Of a DNA stretch of 64,000 nt, positions 54,663 through 64,000 are shown one piece after another. The stretch is from Naegleria gruberi (lineage: Eukaryota). Under the pieces are notes generated by a model. It had not been told where the DNA came from, did no database searches, and saw only the letters and a program-made list of their open reading frames with translations. The position numbers and the translations under genes were made by a program. The first letter of the stretch is position 1. Each line of letters opens with the position of its first letter. The stretch is from the NCBI GenBank assembly GCA_000004985.1, contig GG738869.1; one strand, 5' to 3'.

Positions 54663-56270
54663 TTATTGCAAAGCACTGGCAGTATTTGGACGAGTCATTG
54701 ATTGATTAAGTGTTTTTTTCAAAGCAAACTTTTCTCGTTTCAAATTATTTTCTTTTTGCTTAAAGTTAAGTTCAGTGGTAGTAATAGAATCTTGGAGAGA
54801 TGCAACTTGGTCTTGGAGAGCAACAATCTTCTTCTTAAGGAGTTTTTGATCTGAAATTTTAGACTTTTCCAAAACATCAATCTTTCTTTCCAAGCTTTCG
54901 ATTGCTGTGTCCTTTTCACTTAGGATATTATCTCTTTCATTGGATAACTTTCTTAATTCATCTATATCTTTCAATAAAACATCAACAATTGCTGATGGAA
55001 CCATTTCCTCTTCCCCACTTTCGTTAATTTGAGACAATTTATCTTGAATTACTTCTGGGTTACGCCTTGCTTCCTTCATCAACTTGTCAACTTTTGTTTC
55101 TTTCAGTGCTTGGGTAATACTATCGAACTTTTGCTTTTGAGCCTCTAATTTCTTATCTTGAATTTGAATAGTTCTTTCCATGATTGACTTTTGTTCTTGC
55201 AGCTTCTTAATTTCATTGTGAAGGAATCTCTTATCACCTTCTAAAGCTTTAACAGGCACAATATCTTTTTCGATAACAAGTTTTGAAATTTCCTTATCCT
55301 TCTTTTGGGTTGATCTTTCAGCCATCTTGATTTCTTGCTTTAATCTTTCATTTTCTTTCATAACTGTTTGAGTTCTCTTCTTGTATTCTTCATACTCTTC
55401 TGCAGTGTTCTTCAATATCTCAATTTGATTATTCAATTCTTCTAAACTCTTTGTCTTCATTCTTGTAATCTCTTGAATAGTCTTGATTTCTTTTTGTGCC
55501 TTTTCTAACTTCAACAAGAGCTCAGCGTTCTTACATTCAGTTTGATATGCCTTATCGTGTTTGGACTCGATATTGAAAATCTTCTTTTCTAAATTGTCGA
55601 TGGCCTTATCTTTCTTATCGATTGAGACTTGGAGAGTATGAACTTCTGTTTCCAGGGTGCTGATTTTTACATTCTTCAACTTGATCTCATTTTCTAAACC
55701 AATAATTCTATCCAACGAATCTTCTTGTAGGACAGATCTGCTTTTTTGGTCAGAGGAAGATCTAAGTTTTTGAAGGGAGGCAATCGGGCTATGTTCTTCA
55801 AGTACTTTCTTTTCATTTTGGAGTGTTTTAATTTCCATTTCTTGCAATCTGCTTTTTTCCTTGATCTTATCATAAATATCTTGAGTATTTTCCAAATCAA
55901 GTTGTAATTTATCTATTGTTACCTCCTTTTGTTTAACTACCTTCTCTAACACTGTTTTTTCGTTGCTAACTAAATCAAAGGCTTTTTGAAGATCCTTAAA
56001 GTCTTGTTCCAAACGAATATATTTTGCGTAAAGTTCTTGTGATGGTGATTGTACAGAGAAGGGTACGGCTCGTTTGCTTGGAGTTCTTAGTTTGTCTTTC
56101 CTAAACACATCAGTGTTATTGAGGTCCAACAATGGAATAACAGGGGAGGATGGATTTTGTACTTCAGTAATATCTTCATTCACAATATCCTCAGTAACAA
56201 ATTCTTCATCCTGCAAATTACTACCATCTAGTGAGGTATCCAAGGCATCATTGGTAGGCGTCTCTGTCAT
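54663..56270 (-). CDS. Long coiled-coil protein (function unknown)
   Basis: Probable start MTETPTNDALDTS at 56270. It is about 535 aa, almost entirely heptad-repeat K/E/L/Q-rich. It is convergent with the previous gene, with 47 bp between the stops. Confidence 0.4.
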   Translation of the reverse strand: MTETPTNDALDTSLDGSNLQDEEFVTEDIVNEDITEVQNPSSPVIPLLDLNNTDVFRKDKLRTPSKRAVPFSVQSPSQELYAKYIRLEQDFKDLQKAFDLVSNEKTVLEKVVKQKEVTIDKLQLDLENTQDIYDKIKEKSRLQEMEIKTLQNEKKVLEEHSPIASLQKLRSSSDQKSRSVLQEDSLDRIIGLENEIKLKNVKISTLETEVHTLQVSIDKKDKAIDNLEKKIFNIESKHDKAYQTECKNAELLLKLEKAQKEIKTIQEITRMKTKSLEELNNQIEILKNTAEEYEEYKKRTQTVMKENERLKQEIKMAERSTQKKDKEISKLVIEKDIVPVKALEGDKRFLHNEIKKLQEQKSIMERTIQIQDKKLEAQKQKFDSITQALKETKVDKLMKEARRNPEVIQDKLSQINESGEEEMVPSAIVDVLLKDIDELRKLSNERDNILSEKDTAIESLERKIDVLEKSKISDQKLLKKKIVALQDQVASLQDSITTTELNFKQKENNLKREKFALKKTLNQSMTRPNTASALQ

Positions 56271-56602
56271 GTTTTCTATTTTTTTTAAAATTACAAAATT
56301 TTGAAAAGGCGCGAAACACATCATGACGCAAAATATGTAACGGTGATGCCCTTTGATTTTATCTCTAAGAAGAAAACTGGTCGTGTGGACTCGATTATTC
56401 CAATGCCTTACAATGCTTGTGCTAGTCAATAAGTTGAACATCCAGATCAATTTTAAAAAATATGTAGTTTATTTGGTACGTTCTTTCTAAAAAGTTATCG
56501 TTATTGAGGAGAACGAAAGGGTTTTTGGATTTGTGTTAAAGATCAACAGTAAAAAACAATAAAATTCATCCACTTAATTAAATTTGAAACTACAAAACAA
56601 TT

Positions 56603-56676
56603 TACCGACAATGGGGCTCGAACCCACGACCCCAGGATTAGAAGTCCTGTGCTCTATCCAACTGAGCTATGACGGC
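56603..56676 (-). tRNA. tRNA-Arg (anticodon UCU)
   Basis: Cloverleaf by hand: acceptor GCCGTCA/TGTCGGT (one T-T mismatch at 5:68 and a G-U at 1:72), D arm GCTC/GAGC, anticodon stem CAGGA/TCCTG with loop CTTCTAA, T arm GTGGG-TTCGAGC-CCCAT. Discriminator A is followed by a T-tract. Confidence 0.7.
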
Positions 56677-56986
56677 TTACATTAGCTATGAAATTTGTCT
56701 TCACATCACACTTTGAAATTCTTATGTAATGTACAAGTATTAGTCCCTCACAATAAATCTTCTATTTTAATGACATAAGGGTGACCTTGAATCTTTTGGG
56801 GCTGCAATTAATTTTGTGCTTCCACTCTTAGCTTTTTTAGCTTTAAAATAAGCTTACCAAAATAATGGGAAATCTACACATTCTTAACATGCCAACTTGA
56901 AAAAAGGCAAACTCACCAAACATTGTACAAAAGTCCGTGTTAGTTTTGGTAAATGTATATTAAGACACGTGTTAAATAGAATGTCA

Positions 56987-57060
56987 GCAGCGATAGATCA
57001 GTTGGTTAGATCGTAAGCCTAACACGCTTAAGGTCGCGGGTTCAAGCCCCGCTCGCTGTA
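56987..57060 (+). tRNA. tRNA-Val (anticodon AAC)
   Basis: Acceptor GCAGCGA/TCGCTGT, D arm GATC-AGTTGGTTA-GATC, anticodon stem TAAGC/GCTTA with loop CTAACAC, T arm GCGGG-TTCAAGC-CCCGC. Discriminator A is followed immediately by TTTT (pol III terminator). Confidence 0.8.
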
Positions 57061-57656
57061 GCCTTTTGTTGACGAAAGTGGAATGCCTCTTCCTCCAATG
57101 ATTAATCCATTTTTTGATTTATTTCAAACCTTAAATAAAACTCAAACCGTCCTACGACTTTGCTATCAAATGAGATAATAATTAACAACAACTAGATTCT
57201 AAACATACTATTTAACATATTGTCACTCTTTAAATTCGTAAAACCAATAGATTATCTTTTTAAAACCTCAAACGCACATGTAAATTTTGGTTGATCTTTA
57301 GGTGAGCCACCAAAATAGTATTCTATTTAATTAAAGAAATCTGAATTCAGATAGTAACAATTATAATGCACTCATATGTTCGACATAAAAACATTTTTTA
57401 ACTCTTTAACCTTGAAATGAAGAAGGTGATAACTATATTTGTACAACTTTTGAGTTACATGAAAAACAATGCTATTCTATCATTGTTTATTCTAAATTTA
57501 CAAAAAATCATCAAAGTGATCCAAACATGATGCTCTGTAACATGGCGACAGTTCTATTGTTTTGTATTCATATTTCGTGTAAAAGAGCCCTCACCACAAA
57601 TCCACTCAGAAATATTTCATCAAAACTTTGAATGACAATTTTGTGTATCAACAATA

Positions 57657-59669
57657 ATGGTTGTTTTAAATAAATTATTTACATTTCAACACTCCTACTA
57701 TTTATTCAAAAGAAACCACAAATACAAAAAATTTTCAATTCACCACCAATCTAATTACAAAATCATGTTCAACTCCAATACATCTACTTCAATCTCACTG
57801 CGTGAGATACAATCTGGCACAATCTCCAAACCCCATAAAACACTAAAAAATAAACACTTCAAGTACAGCAAAAAAAAACAACTTCAAGTCCAGTGTACAG
57901 TATTAACAGCGCTCAAAATGTTCAACAGCTCTAACAACAATACCTCTCCTAATCATCAACCAATGCCCAATCTACTTTACCTGAGTAATTATGTGAATCA
58001 ATCACAGAATATTGGCGATGCAATTTTAAATTATTTAAACGAGAATAGAAGTGCACTTGATGCACCGACACTTTTAAATAATATTCAAGAAATGGTCAAA
58101 TATCAACAGACACAAGATAGAATCAAGCAACAATCTTCACATCATAAATCCACTTCCTCTCATGCATCATCTTCAAGCTCTAACCATCACAATCCTCTTA
58201 TAGAATTAAAGAAATCAGACGATTCTTCAAAGATTGCAAACTCCACTCCGTCATCATCCAACTCTTCTGTAAATAATAATACCAACAAACAAAGTCAATC
58301 AGCATCTAACATGTTCAGCCAACAAGATGTGTCACTCTACATTAAACCTGCAAGAAAAACAGCCAAATACTTTTTAACTTACATTCCACCAAAGTTATAC
58401 TGTTCTCCATACAAGTATGATCTCATGTTGAGAATACCCGTCACTATGAATGAAACACATGATTTCATCTTCAATTTACTTGATTCTGAAAGTCGCGAAA
58501 AAATTACAAAGAATAATAAGGGAGATGAAGCATATTGCATCGAGAGAACAAAGACGCAACGAAAGAATTACCTAAAACCTGGATTTGTTAATGCTACTTT
58601 TCGTCTCAATTTCTCAATCTGTAGTTTCCATAATAGTAGAAAGCCATTTTTGATTAGTGTACATATTAGAGCCAAGTCGCTCAATCAAAATAATCACAAT
58701 ACTGGTGGAGATATTGAATCAGATCAATTGATTTTAATCAGTGATCCATTCTCAATATTTGCTAGAAAGACTGGTGCTAAGGGACAATCTATTGAGGATG
58801 ATTGGGGTCTTCCAAACCAATTCAGTGATTCTTCTAACAATTCAACAGAGGAAGAAGAGGAAGATGAAGAAGAGGATAAAAAGAAGAAGAAAAAGAAGGA
58901 GAAGGCAACAAAGAGAAAGAGAAAAGAAGAAGAAAGTAAACCAAAGAAGAAGAAATCAATTGCTGAACAAAAGCAACCAGAACCTGAAAAGTCTATTTCA
59001 CCACCAGAAGTTTTTAACCATTCTGTAAATAAGGAAACTCCAATTCAAGTCGATAATCAAGATATTACAACTAAGATTGTCTCCAATTATGACCAGATTG
59101 TTGACAATAATCAAGAAGTGTTAAGCTCTGGAAATATATTCGATGGCGATCAATGGTCTCAATTGTTTGGAAGTACAACACTTTCACCTGATATTGCTCC
59201 ATTCTTAGAAGAAGAAATTGTTACATGCCAACAACAACCACAACCTCAACCTGCAATATTCCAACAATTTGGAACTAGTTCTACTCCTCAACAATCTCAA
59301 CCATCAGCAGATTTGACAATGTTACTTTATCAAGAATTACTCAAACAATTTAATAATAGAGCACCAAATCAAAATGTACAGTTACCTTCATTCCTTTCCC
59401 CTCCACCCACTACTTGTACCCCAGAAACTAGTTGTGCTTCTAATGAAATGAATTGGTCAAGAGATTATCAGAAACAGACACTTCAAAATACCACTACTGC
59501 TGAACCAATTGATCTTGGAAGACTGATTCTTTCTAGAAATGCCAATCAAACCGCTCCACAACCTAGAGAGCAAGATGGAAACAATTTGCTTCTTAGTTTG
59601 GACGAAACATTATATAGCAAGTTGTTTGGATCAAGTTATGGATCTAATCCAAGTAACTACTTTTTCTAA
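57657..59669 (+). CDS. Low-complexity nuclear protein with lysine-rich NLS and acidic tract (possible DNA-binding regulator)
   Basis: 670-aa ORF; the start could be one of several Met. It has a central globular region (YIKPARKTAKYFLTYIPPKLYCSPYKYDLMLRIPVTMNETHDFIF...). It also has EEEEEDEEEDKKKKKKKEKATKRKRKEEESKPKKKK and a Q/P-rich C-terminus. Family unknown. Confidence 0.35.
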   Translation: MVVLNKLFTFQHSYYLFKRNHKYKKFSIHHQSNYKIMFNSNTSTSISLREIQSGTISKPHKTLKNKHFKYSKKKQLQVQCTVLTALKMFNSSNNNTSPNHQPMPNLLYLSNYVNQSQNIGDAILNYLNENRSALDAPTLLNNIQEMVKYQQTQDRIKQQSSHHKSTSSHASSSSSNHHNPLIELKKSDDSSKIANSTPSSSNSSVNNNTNKQSQSASNMFSQQDVSLYIKPARKTAKYFLTYIPPKLYCSPYKYDLMLRIPVTMNETHDFIFNLLDSESREKITKNNKGDEAYCIERTKTQRKNYLKPGFVNATFRLNFSICSFHNSRKPFLISVHIRAKSLNQNNHNTGGDIESDQLILISDPFSIFARKTGAKGQSIEDDWGLPNQFSDSSNNSTEEEEEDEEEDKKKKKKKEKATKRKRKEEESKPKKKKSIAEQKQPEPEKSISPPEVFNHSVNKETPIQVDNQDITTKIVSNYDQIVDNNQEVLSSGNIFDGDQWSQLFGSTTLSPDIAPFLEEEIVTCQQQPQPQPAIFQQFGTSSTPQQSQPSADLTMLLYQELLKQFNNRAPNQNVQLPSFLSPPPTTCTPETSCASNEMNWSRDYQKQTLQNTTTAEPIDLGRLILSRNANQTAPQPREQDGNNLLLSLDETLYSKLFGSSYGSNPSNYFF

Positions 59670-59755
59670 TAAAATTGCCTAGTTTTTGTAATCTTTCGTG
59701 AACAGTTAGTTTCTTCTTGTTCTTTATCTTCAGTTCTTTGACAAGTTTTTGTTAC

Positions 59756-60199
59756 CTATTGTTTTGATTTCTTTGCCAAGTTTTCGTCAATATGTTCGTC
59801 GGGCCTTCTCTTTAATTCTGGATCACTATATGAAACCTCAATAAACTCGGAAGTATCTAATGGTTCAATTCCATCATCAACAACAAAACAACACGATCCT
59901 AGGTCTGAAAAAGGCTCAGACGAGAATTTGATTGAATTCATTTGAGAAGTTGTAAAATACTTTGGAAAAAGTACAGAATCTAATTCATGAAAATTATTAA
60001 ACTTTTTCAATTGTGATTCAGAAATAGTGATATTTTGATCATAGTCCACTTTTCCTGAATCTGTATGCCTGACTGTAAATTTGTTAATCAAATGATTTGC
60101 CATATTGATGGCATGAGTATCGCTGGGACTTGTAGCAGGGCTTGTTGTTGACTCGACTGATATTGAGGATGATTGTTCTGTTGGTTTGGGCTTGTCATT
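59756..60199 (-). CDS. Hypothetical protein (may be 3' exon of the gene at 60321-60602)
   Basis: The ORF frame is open from 60211. The best start is ctgaaaATGaca at 60199; the track shows a start at 60103. There is no recognisable domain. It could be joined to the upstream ORF through a 187-nt intron (donor 60328, acceptor 60142). Confidence 0.3.
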   Translation of the reverse strand, partial: NDKPKPTEQSSSISVESTTSPATSPSDTHAINMANHLINKFTVRHTDSGKVDYDQNITISESQLKKFNNFHELDSVLFPKYFTTSQMNSIKFSSEPFSDLGSCCFVVDDGIEPLDTSEFIEVSYSDPELKRRPDEHIDENLAKKSKQ

Positions 60200-60320
60200 T
60201 TCAGTTGTCTTTAAAAGTTGTAAATAAATTAAGCTTTCAAAAAACCAAAAAACAAATTCTCCAGAAGCTTCTCCAAGTACTGGTTCTAATAAATCAACAA
60301 TTTCAGATTGAGTTTTTCCG

Positions 60321-60602
60321 TTATTTACTATTAATATTAGAAAATTCTAAAGAGGCATAAATAATCATCCCACAAACACATACAGGTAAATTTTTAATTA
60401 AATTTTCCTTTTTTTCCTCATCAAAATTCTGAAACATTTTCCTAATTTTATCAATAATTAATTCTTTTAAATTTTCAATCTGGTGTTCAACCAGTCTTAT
60501 TGTATTCACCCGATTAATTGATGGGGTAGATGAAGTTTCGGGTTGACTCATTTTTTCAATTTCGAAAACAGAGTTGTTCATAAATCCTTGATAACAAGCC
60601 AC
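60321..60602 (-). CDS. Hypothetical small protein / possible 5' exon
   Basis: 93-aa ORF (MACYQGFMNNSVFEIEKMSQPETSS...NLPVCVCGMIIYASLEFSNINSK). It ends in AATA|GTAAAT, a possible splice donor. Confidence 0.25.
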   Translation of the reverse strand: MACYQGFMNNSVFEIEKMSQPETSSTPSINRVNTIRLVEHQIENLKELIIDKIRKMFQNFDEEKKENLIKNLPVCVCGMIIYASLEFSNINSK

Positions 60603-60743
60603 TGTAGCTTTTTGTTTAATGATGAATTGTTTGGTTTCATAAATCAGCTGAACTCTGATTTTGAAATTGAATCATCCACAAATACCTTTAAAAACCATGA
60701 AACACCATCACACAATAATAATTAAAAAAATTGAATTTAAAAA

Positions 60744-62984
60744 ATGTCTCAAGATAAAGCCAACAGAGAACATATCGCAAAGCTTGTTGTTGAAGCAGTT
60801 AAAAATATCTATGATGTGGATGTTAGCTCCCTTCAAAACGAGTTTGCCAGTAAATTGGAATTACCAAAGGAATATGATATGCTTCACAATATTGCTTTCC
60901 CATGTTTCGCTTTGGGAAAGCCTTTGACTCCAAAGAAGCCTAAAGAAGTCAAATTTAATGATTTCATCATGAATATTGCTTCCGATTTGGCAAAGGAAAT
61001 AAGTAGAATTGTCAAGGAAAAAACTGATGTTGTTGTTGAAAATTGTGTAGGTGAAGGTCCATATGTCAACTTCTTCTATCAACCTGCTCACTTAGGAAAA
61101 GCTATAGAAGAGGTTCACAATGGAAATTTCCTTTCCGTTAGAGAATCAAAGAATGAAAATGTCATGATCGAATATTCTCAACCAAATACTCACAAGACCT
61201 TCCACGTTGGTCACATGAGAAATGCAGCTCTTGGTAATTCACTTGTTTTGTTATACGAATGGTGTGGTTACAATGTACACGCTGTCAATTATATTGGTGA
61301 TGTTGGTGCTCACATTGCTAAATGTTTATGGTACTATCTTTACTACATCAAAAAGACAACTTTGGAAGAATTCGAAGCTCTTGACCTTACTCGTGAACAA
61401 ATTGTTGACATGTTGGAAGAATCTAGACCAAAGGATATTCCTCATGTTGAATGGTTGGGTAACCTTTATACTGAAGGTTTCTATCAATTAGACTTTGATT
61501 CTTGGACTAAATATCCACTTATTGGATACATTACTGCTAAAATTTTGGACATTCAAAACCATCCAACTAATGACAAATGGAAGATTCTCACTGTCACCAA
61601 TGGAACTGAAAACTTTACTGTTGTTTGTGGTGGTAAGGATTACAATGTTAATGACATTGTTGCCTATGCTCCACTTGGTAGTAAGAAGGGTGCTAGACTT
61701 GTTACTGAAGTTGATAAGCAAGGTGTTATCTCACAAGGTTTCATTTTGAGTCAAGCTGAACTGGGTAGCTCTGAAAATAAGGAAAAGATTCACATTTTCC
61801 CTGCTGATTCACCAGTTGGTATTGAACTCACCGAATTGGGAAGAAAGGCAGACTGTAATGTTGATGCTTCTATTAACATTGGTCAAGAATTCAAGAAGAG
61901 AGAATCACAATGTAAGACTCTCTTGAGAGCTATGGAAGATCACAAGAAGAATATTTCCATGTTGTGGGAAATCACTAGAACTTGGTCAATTGAAGACTTT
62001 AAATCTATTTATAAGTGGAGTGACTGTAGATTCGACCACTTCTTCCATGAATCTGATGTTGGTGATGAAAGTAAGGAAATTGTTCTTAAGGCCTACGAAG
62101 AAGGTAAACTTATCAAATCTGATGGTGCTATTGGCGCTGATTTGGGTAAGCTTGGTTTCTGTGTTTTGTTGACTTCTGCTGGTACTGGTTTGTACGCTAC
62201 TAAGGATTTGGCTCTTGCTAAGAGAAAATTCGAAGAATTCAAAGTTGACAGAAGTGTATATGTTGTCGACGTAAGTCAAAGCTTGCACTTCCAACAAGTC
62301 TTCAAGACATTGGAAGTCCTTGGTTTTGAACAAGCTAAGAAGTGTAAACATTTAGCTTATGGTATGGTTGTTTTACCTGATGGTAAAATGAGTAGCAGAA
62401 AGGGTAACATTATCTATTTCAGTACTCTTCAAAAGTCACTCACCCAAAATATTACTGACAACTTTATGTCCAAGTATGAAGGTGAATGGCCAAAGGAAGA
62501 AATTGAAGAAACTACCAGAAAGATTGCCATCAGTGCCATCAAATATGGTATGCTTAACCAAGATAACAATAAGGATATTACCTTTGTTCTCAAAGAATGG
62601 GCTTCAAAGTCTGGTAACACTGGTCCATATCTGATGTATGCTTATGCTAGAGCTGTTTCCGTTGTTAACAAGATTGGTTTGGATAGCAGTGTCACTATTG
62701 ACTACTCATTATTAACTGATGAAACTGAAAGAAAGCTTTTGTCAACAATTCTCCAATATTCAATTGTTGTTGAAAGAGCTGCTGAACAATACAAGCCACA
62801 ATTGCTTTGTATCTTCCTCTACAATCTCTGTAAGCAGTACAGTAAGATGTATGAAGCTGTCAGTATCAGAGATGCTGCTACCCCAGAACTCAAACAAACC
62901 AGATTGAGATTAGTTGCTGGCTTCGCAAAGGTTCTCAAACATGGTCTTGGATTGTTGGGTATTTCAACTGCTGAGAGAATGTAA
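60744..62984 (+). CDS. argS: Arginyl-tRNA synthetase with an inserted EMAPII/Trbp111-type tRNA-binding OB domain
   Basis: 746-aa single exon. It has the Arg-tRNA-synt N domain, the HIGH-type motif HVGHMRNAALGNSLVLLYEWCGYNV, the ArgRS MSTRKG-type motif DGKMSSRKGN and the DALR anticodon-binding domain. It ends ...LGLLGISTAERM, as ArgRS proteins do. Residues ~258-341 (nt 61515-61766) are an extra OB-fold tRNA-bind domain: GYITAKILDIQNHPTNDKWKILTVTNGTENFTVVCGGKDYNVNDIVAYAPLGSKKGARLVTEVDKQGVISQGFILSQAELG. Confidence 0.85.
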   Translation: MSQDKANREHIAKLVVEAVKNIYDVDVSSLQNEFASKLELPKEYDMLHNIAFPCFALGKPLTPKKPKEVKFNDFIMNIASDLAKEISRIVKEKTDVVVENCVGEGPYVNFFYQPAHLGKAIEEVHNGNFLSVRESKNENVMIEYSQPNTHKTFHVGHMRNAALGNSLVLLYEWCGYNVHAVNYIGDVGAHIAKCLWYYLYYIKKTTLEEFEALDLTREQIVDMLEESRPKDIPHVEWLGNLYTEGFYQLDFDSWTKYPLIGYITAKILDIQNHPTNDKWKILTVTNGTENFTVVCGGKDYNVNDIVAYAPLGSKKGARLVTEVDKQGVISQGFILSQAELGSSENKEKIHIFPADSPVGIELTELGRKADCNVDASINIGQEFKKRESQCKTLLRAMEDHKKNISMLWEITRTWSIEDFKSIYKWSDCRFDHFFHESDVGDESKEIVLKAYEEGKLIKSDGAIGADLGKLGFCVLLTSAGTGLYATKDLALAKRKFEEFKVDRSVYVVDVSQSLHFQQVFKTLEVLGFEQAKKCKHLAYGMVVLPDGKMSSRKGNIIYFSTLQKSLTQNITDNFMSKYEGEWPKEEIEETTRKIAISAIKYGMLNQDNNKDITFVLKEWASKSGNTGPYLMYAYARAVSVVNKIGLDSSVTIDYSLLTDETERKLLSTILQYSIVVERAAEQYKPQLLCIFLYNLCKQYSKMYEAVSIRDAATPELKQTRLRLVAGFAKVLKHGLGLLGISTAERM

Positions 62985-63045
62985 ATAAATTTTTAGAAAC
63001 TTTTTGTAAAATAATATTTTAACAATTATTCTGAACAAGTAAAAA

Positions 63046-63660
63046 ATGGGATTTAACTTAGCCTGGAAATATTTTTCGATCATCTTGCTGGTTACTCTTG
63101 CATATTTAATTCATAATCAATATATTGAAAATAATTATAACAAACAGGAAGGATGGGTTATGGATTTAGAGGAAGACTATAGATTATTTTCTATTGAAAA
63201 TACAACAATCACAAATATCAACACTTCCGAAACCAATAACAACACACTAACCACATTCATGACTATGAATATCAATCCAAATGATTGGCAAAACATAACA
63301 AAGGACCTAGAAACAAAACAATACCTTGCTATTATTATTCAATTTTACACATCTAATAGTGTTTACTGCCAACATTTAGTTCCAGTTTGGAAGGATCTAA
63401 TCATGAATGTAAAGTCAAATAATACATTGGCTGGAAAGCTAAGATTTGGACAATATCACGTTAGTGGTCGAGAAAGTTTTATATTTACACGAAGTATTTT
63501 AAATAGAGGGGTATTAAATTTTCCTACTATTGTAATGTTTCACAGGGACAGAAATAACACTAAGATTATTCCTAGATTTTATCATGACAAGAGAACAGTA
63601 GACCTGTTGGAAAAATTTGTAAATAGAATTTTAATTGATATTGAAGCTTATGACAAGTGA
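63046..63660 (+). CDS. Membrane-anchored thioredoxin-fold protein with degenerate active site (single Cys)
   Basis: 204-aa ORF. It has an N-terminal signal anchor (FSIILLVTLAYLI). The thioredoxin-like segment YLAIIIQFYTSNSVYCQHLVPVWKDL aligns to FYAPWCGHCK-type sites but has SVYCQH. Confidence 0.4.
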   Translation: MGFNLAWKYFSIILLVTLAYLIHNQYIENNYNKQEGWVMDLEEDYRLFSIENTTITNINTSETNNNTLTTFMTMNINPNDWQNITKDLETKQYLAIIIQFYTSNSVYCQHLVPVWKDLIMNVKSNNTLAGKLRFGQYHVSGRESFIFTRSILNRGVLNFPTIVMFHRDRNNTKIIPRFYHDKRTVDLLEKFVNRILIDIEAYDK

Positions 63661-64000
63661 AACGAGTTCCTTGTATGCTTATCGAGATATCTCATCTGAG
63701 TCTTATATCTCTGTTTTACTAGTGCATAATTTAAGGGAGAGAGTGGTTTTCTATGTTCGGAAATTAAATGTGTTTCTTGATGGTAGCTCGTGTAAATTCT
63801 AGATGAAACTAGTGTTGGGAAAGAATACCTAGATGGTGTATTATATGAAGAGAATTGAGATGTATGGTGAGAGTAAGATCTAGATGATTGAGGAGTTGAA
63901 TATAGGGTAGTAGATGTGTTATTTATATTTCTAGAACTTCTGTAAGGTGTTGTAGTTGTACTTGTGGAACTACTTAAGGAAGAATCATTTTCAGGAAATA

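Noticed and set aside
56450-57657. tRNA-associated retrotransposon (TRE/DIRS-like) or other mobile element near the tRNA pair
   Set aside because: No LTRs, no RT/integrase ORFs and no target-site duplications were found. The flanks are simple AT-rich spacer.
62380-62410. DGKMSSRKGN read as a class-I KMSKS motif of a different synthetase (e.g. MetRS, given the tRNA_bind domain)
   Set aside because: The overall collinearity (Arg_tRNA_synt_N, HVGH..GD.G..I, the MSxRKG variant typical of ArgRS, DALR domain, terminal Met) identifies ArgRS. The OB domain is an insertion, not evidence of MetRS.
1-64000. Ciliate-type genetic code (TAA/TAG = Gln) suggested by AT-richness and poly-Q/N proteins
   Set aside because: Homolog-length ORFs (coq5, vps33, ArgRS ending ...ERM, rpl24, RNase T2) terminate at TAA or TAG exactly where orthologs end, so the standard code applies.

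Overview
This is a 64-kb, AT-rich (about 32-35% GC in coding, lower between genes), extremely gene-dense stretch of a eukaryotic nuclear genome. It uses the standard genetic code: homolog-length ORFs end at TAA or TAG, which rules out the ciliate code. Nearly every gene has an A-rich aaaATG start context, and the introns I called have GT donors, mostly GTAAGT. Introns are very short, 38-134 nt with most at 39-50 nt. Several protein-coding genes have introns and the rest are single-exon. Proteins carry N/Q/S/T homopolymer tracts. I infer about 31 protein-coding genes plus two tRNA genes (tRNA-Arg-UCU and tRNA-Val-AAC). About 80% of the window is CDS, and spacers between tandem genes are often only 35-70 bp. 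Recognisable products include COQ5, Med8, a twin-CX9C mitochondrial protein, VPS33, ATG16, kinesin-3, RNase T2, ribosomal protein L24e, glucosidase II alpha, NPRL3, an ERMES SMP-domain subunit and arginyl-tRNA synthetase. There are no CRISPR arrays, rRNA or obvious transposons. The taxon is uncertain. Codon usage, Kozak context and low-complexity tracts look dictyostelid- or amoeba-like, but a CCDC39-like axonemal coiled-coil protein, if real, points to a flagellated AT-rich protist such as a heterolobosean (Naegleria-like). The most notable items are an ArgRS with an embedded EMAPII/Trbp111-type tRNA-binding OB domain and a roughly 2,360-aa subtilase-EGF-transmembrane protein. Others are the CCDC39-like gene, a 10-nt micro-exon splitting the kinesin P-loop, convergent genes whose CDS overlap (53 bp between the RdRP and the 7TM-RGS gene, and two shared TTAA stop overlaps), a 7TM-RGS receptor, and an F-box fused to a polytopic membrane domain.
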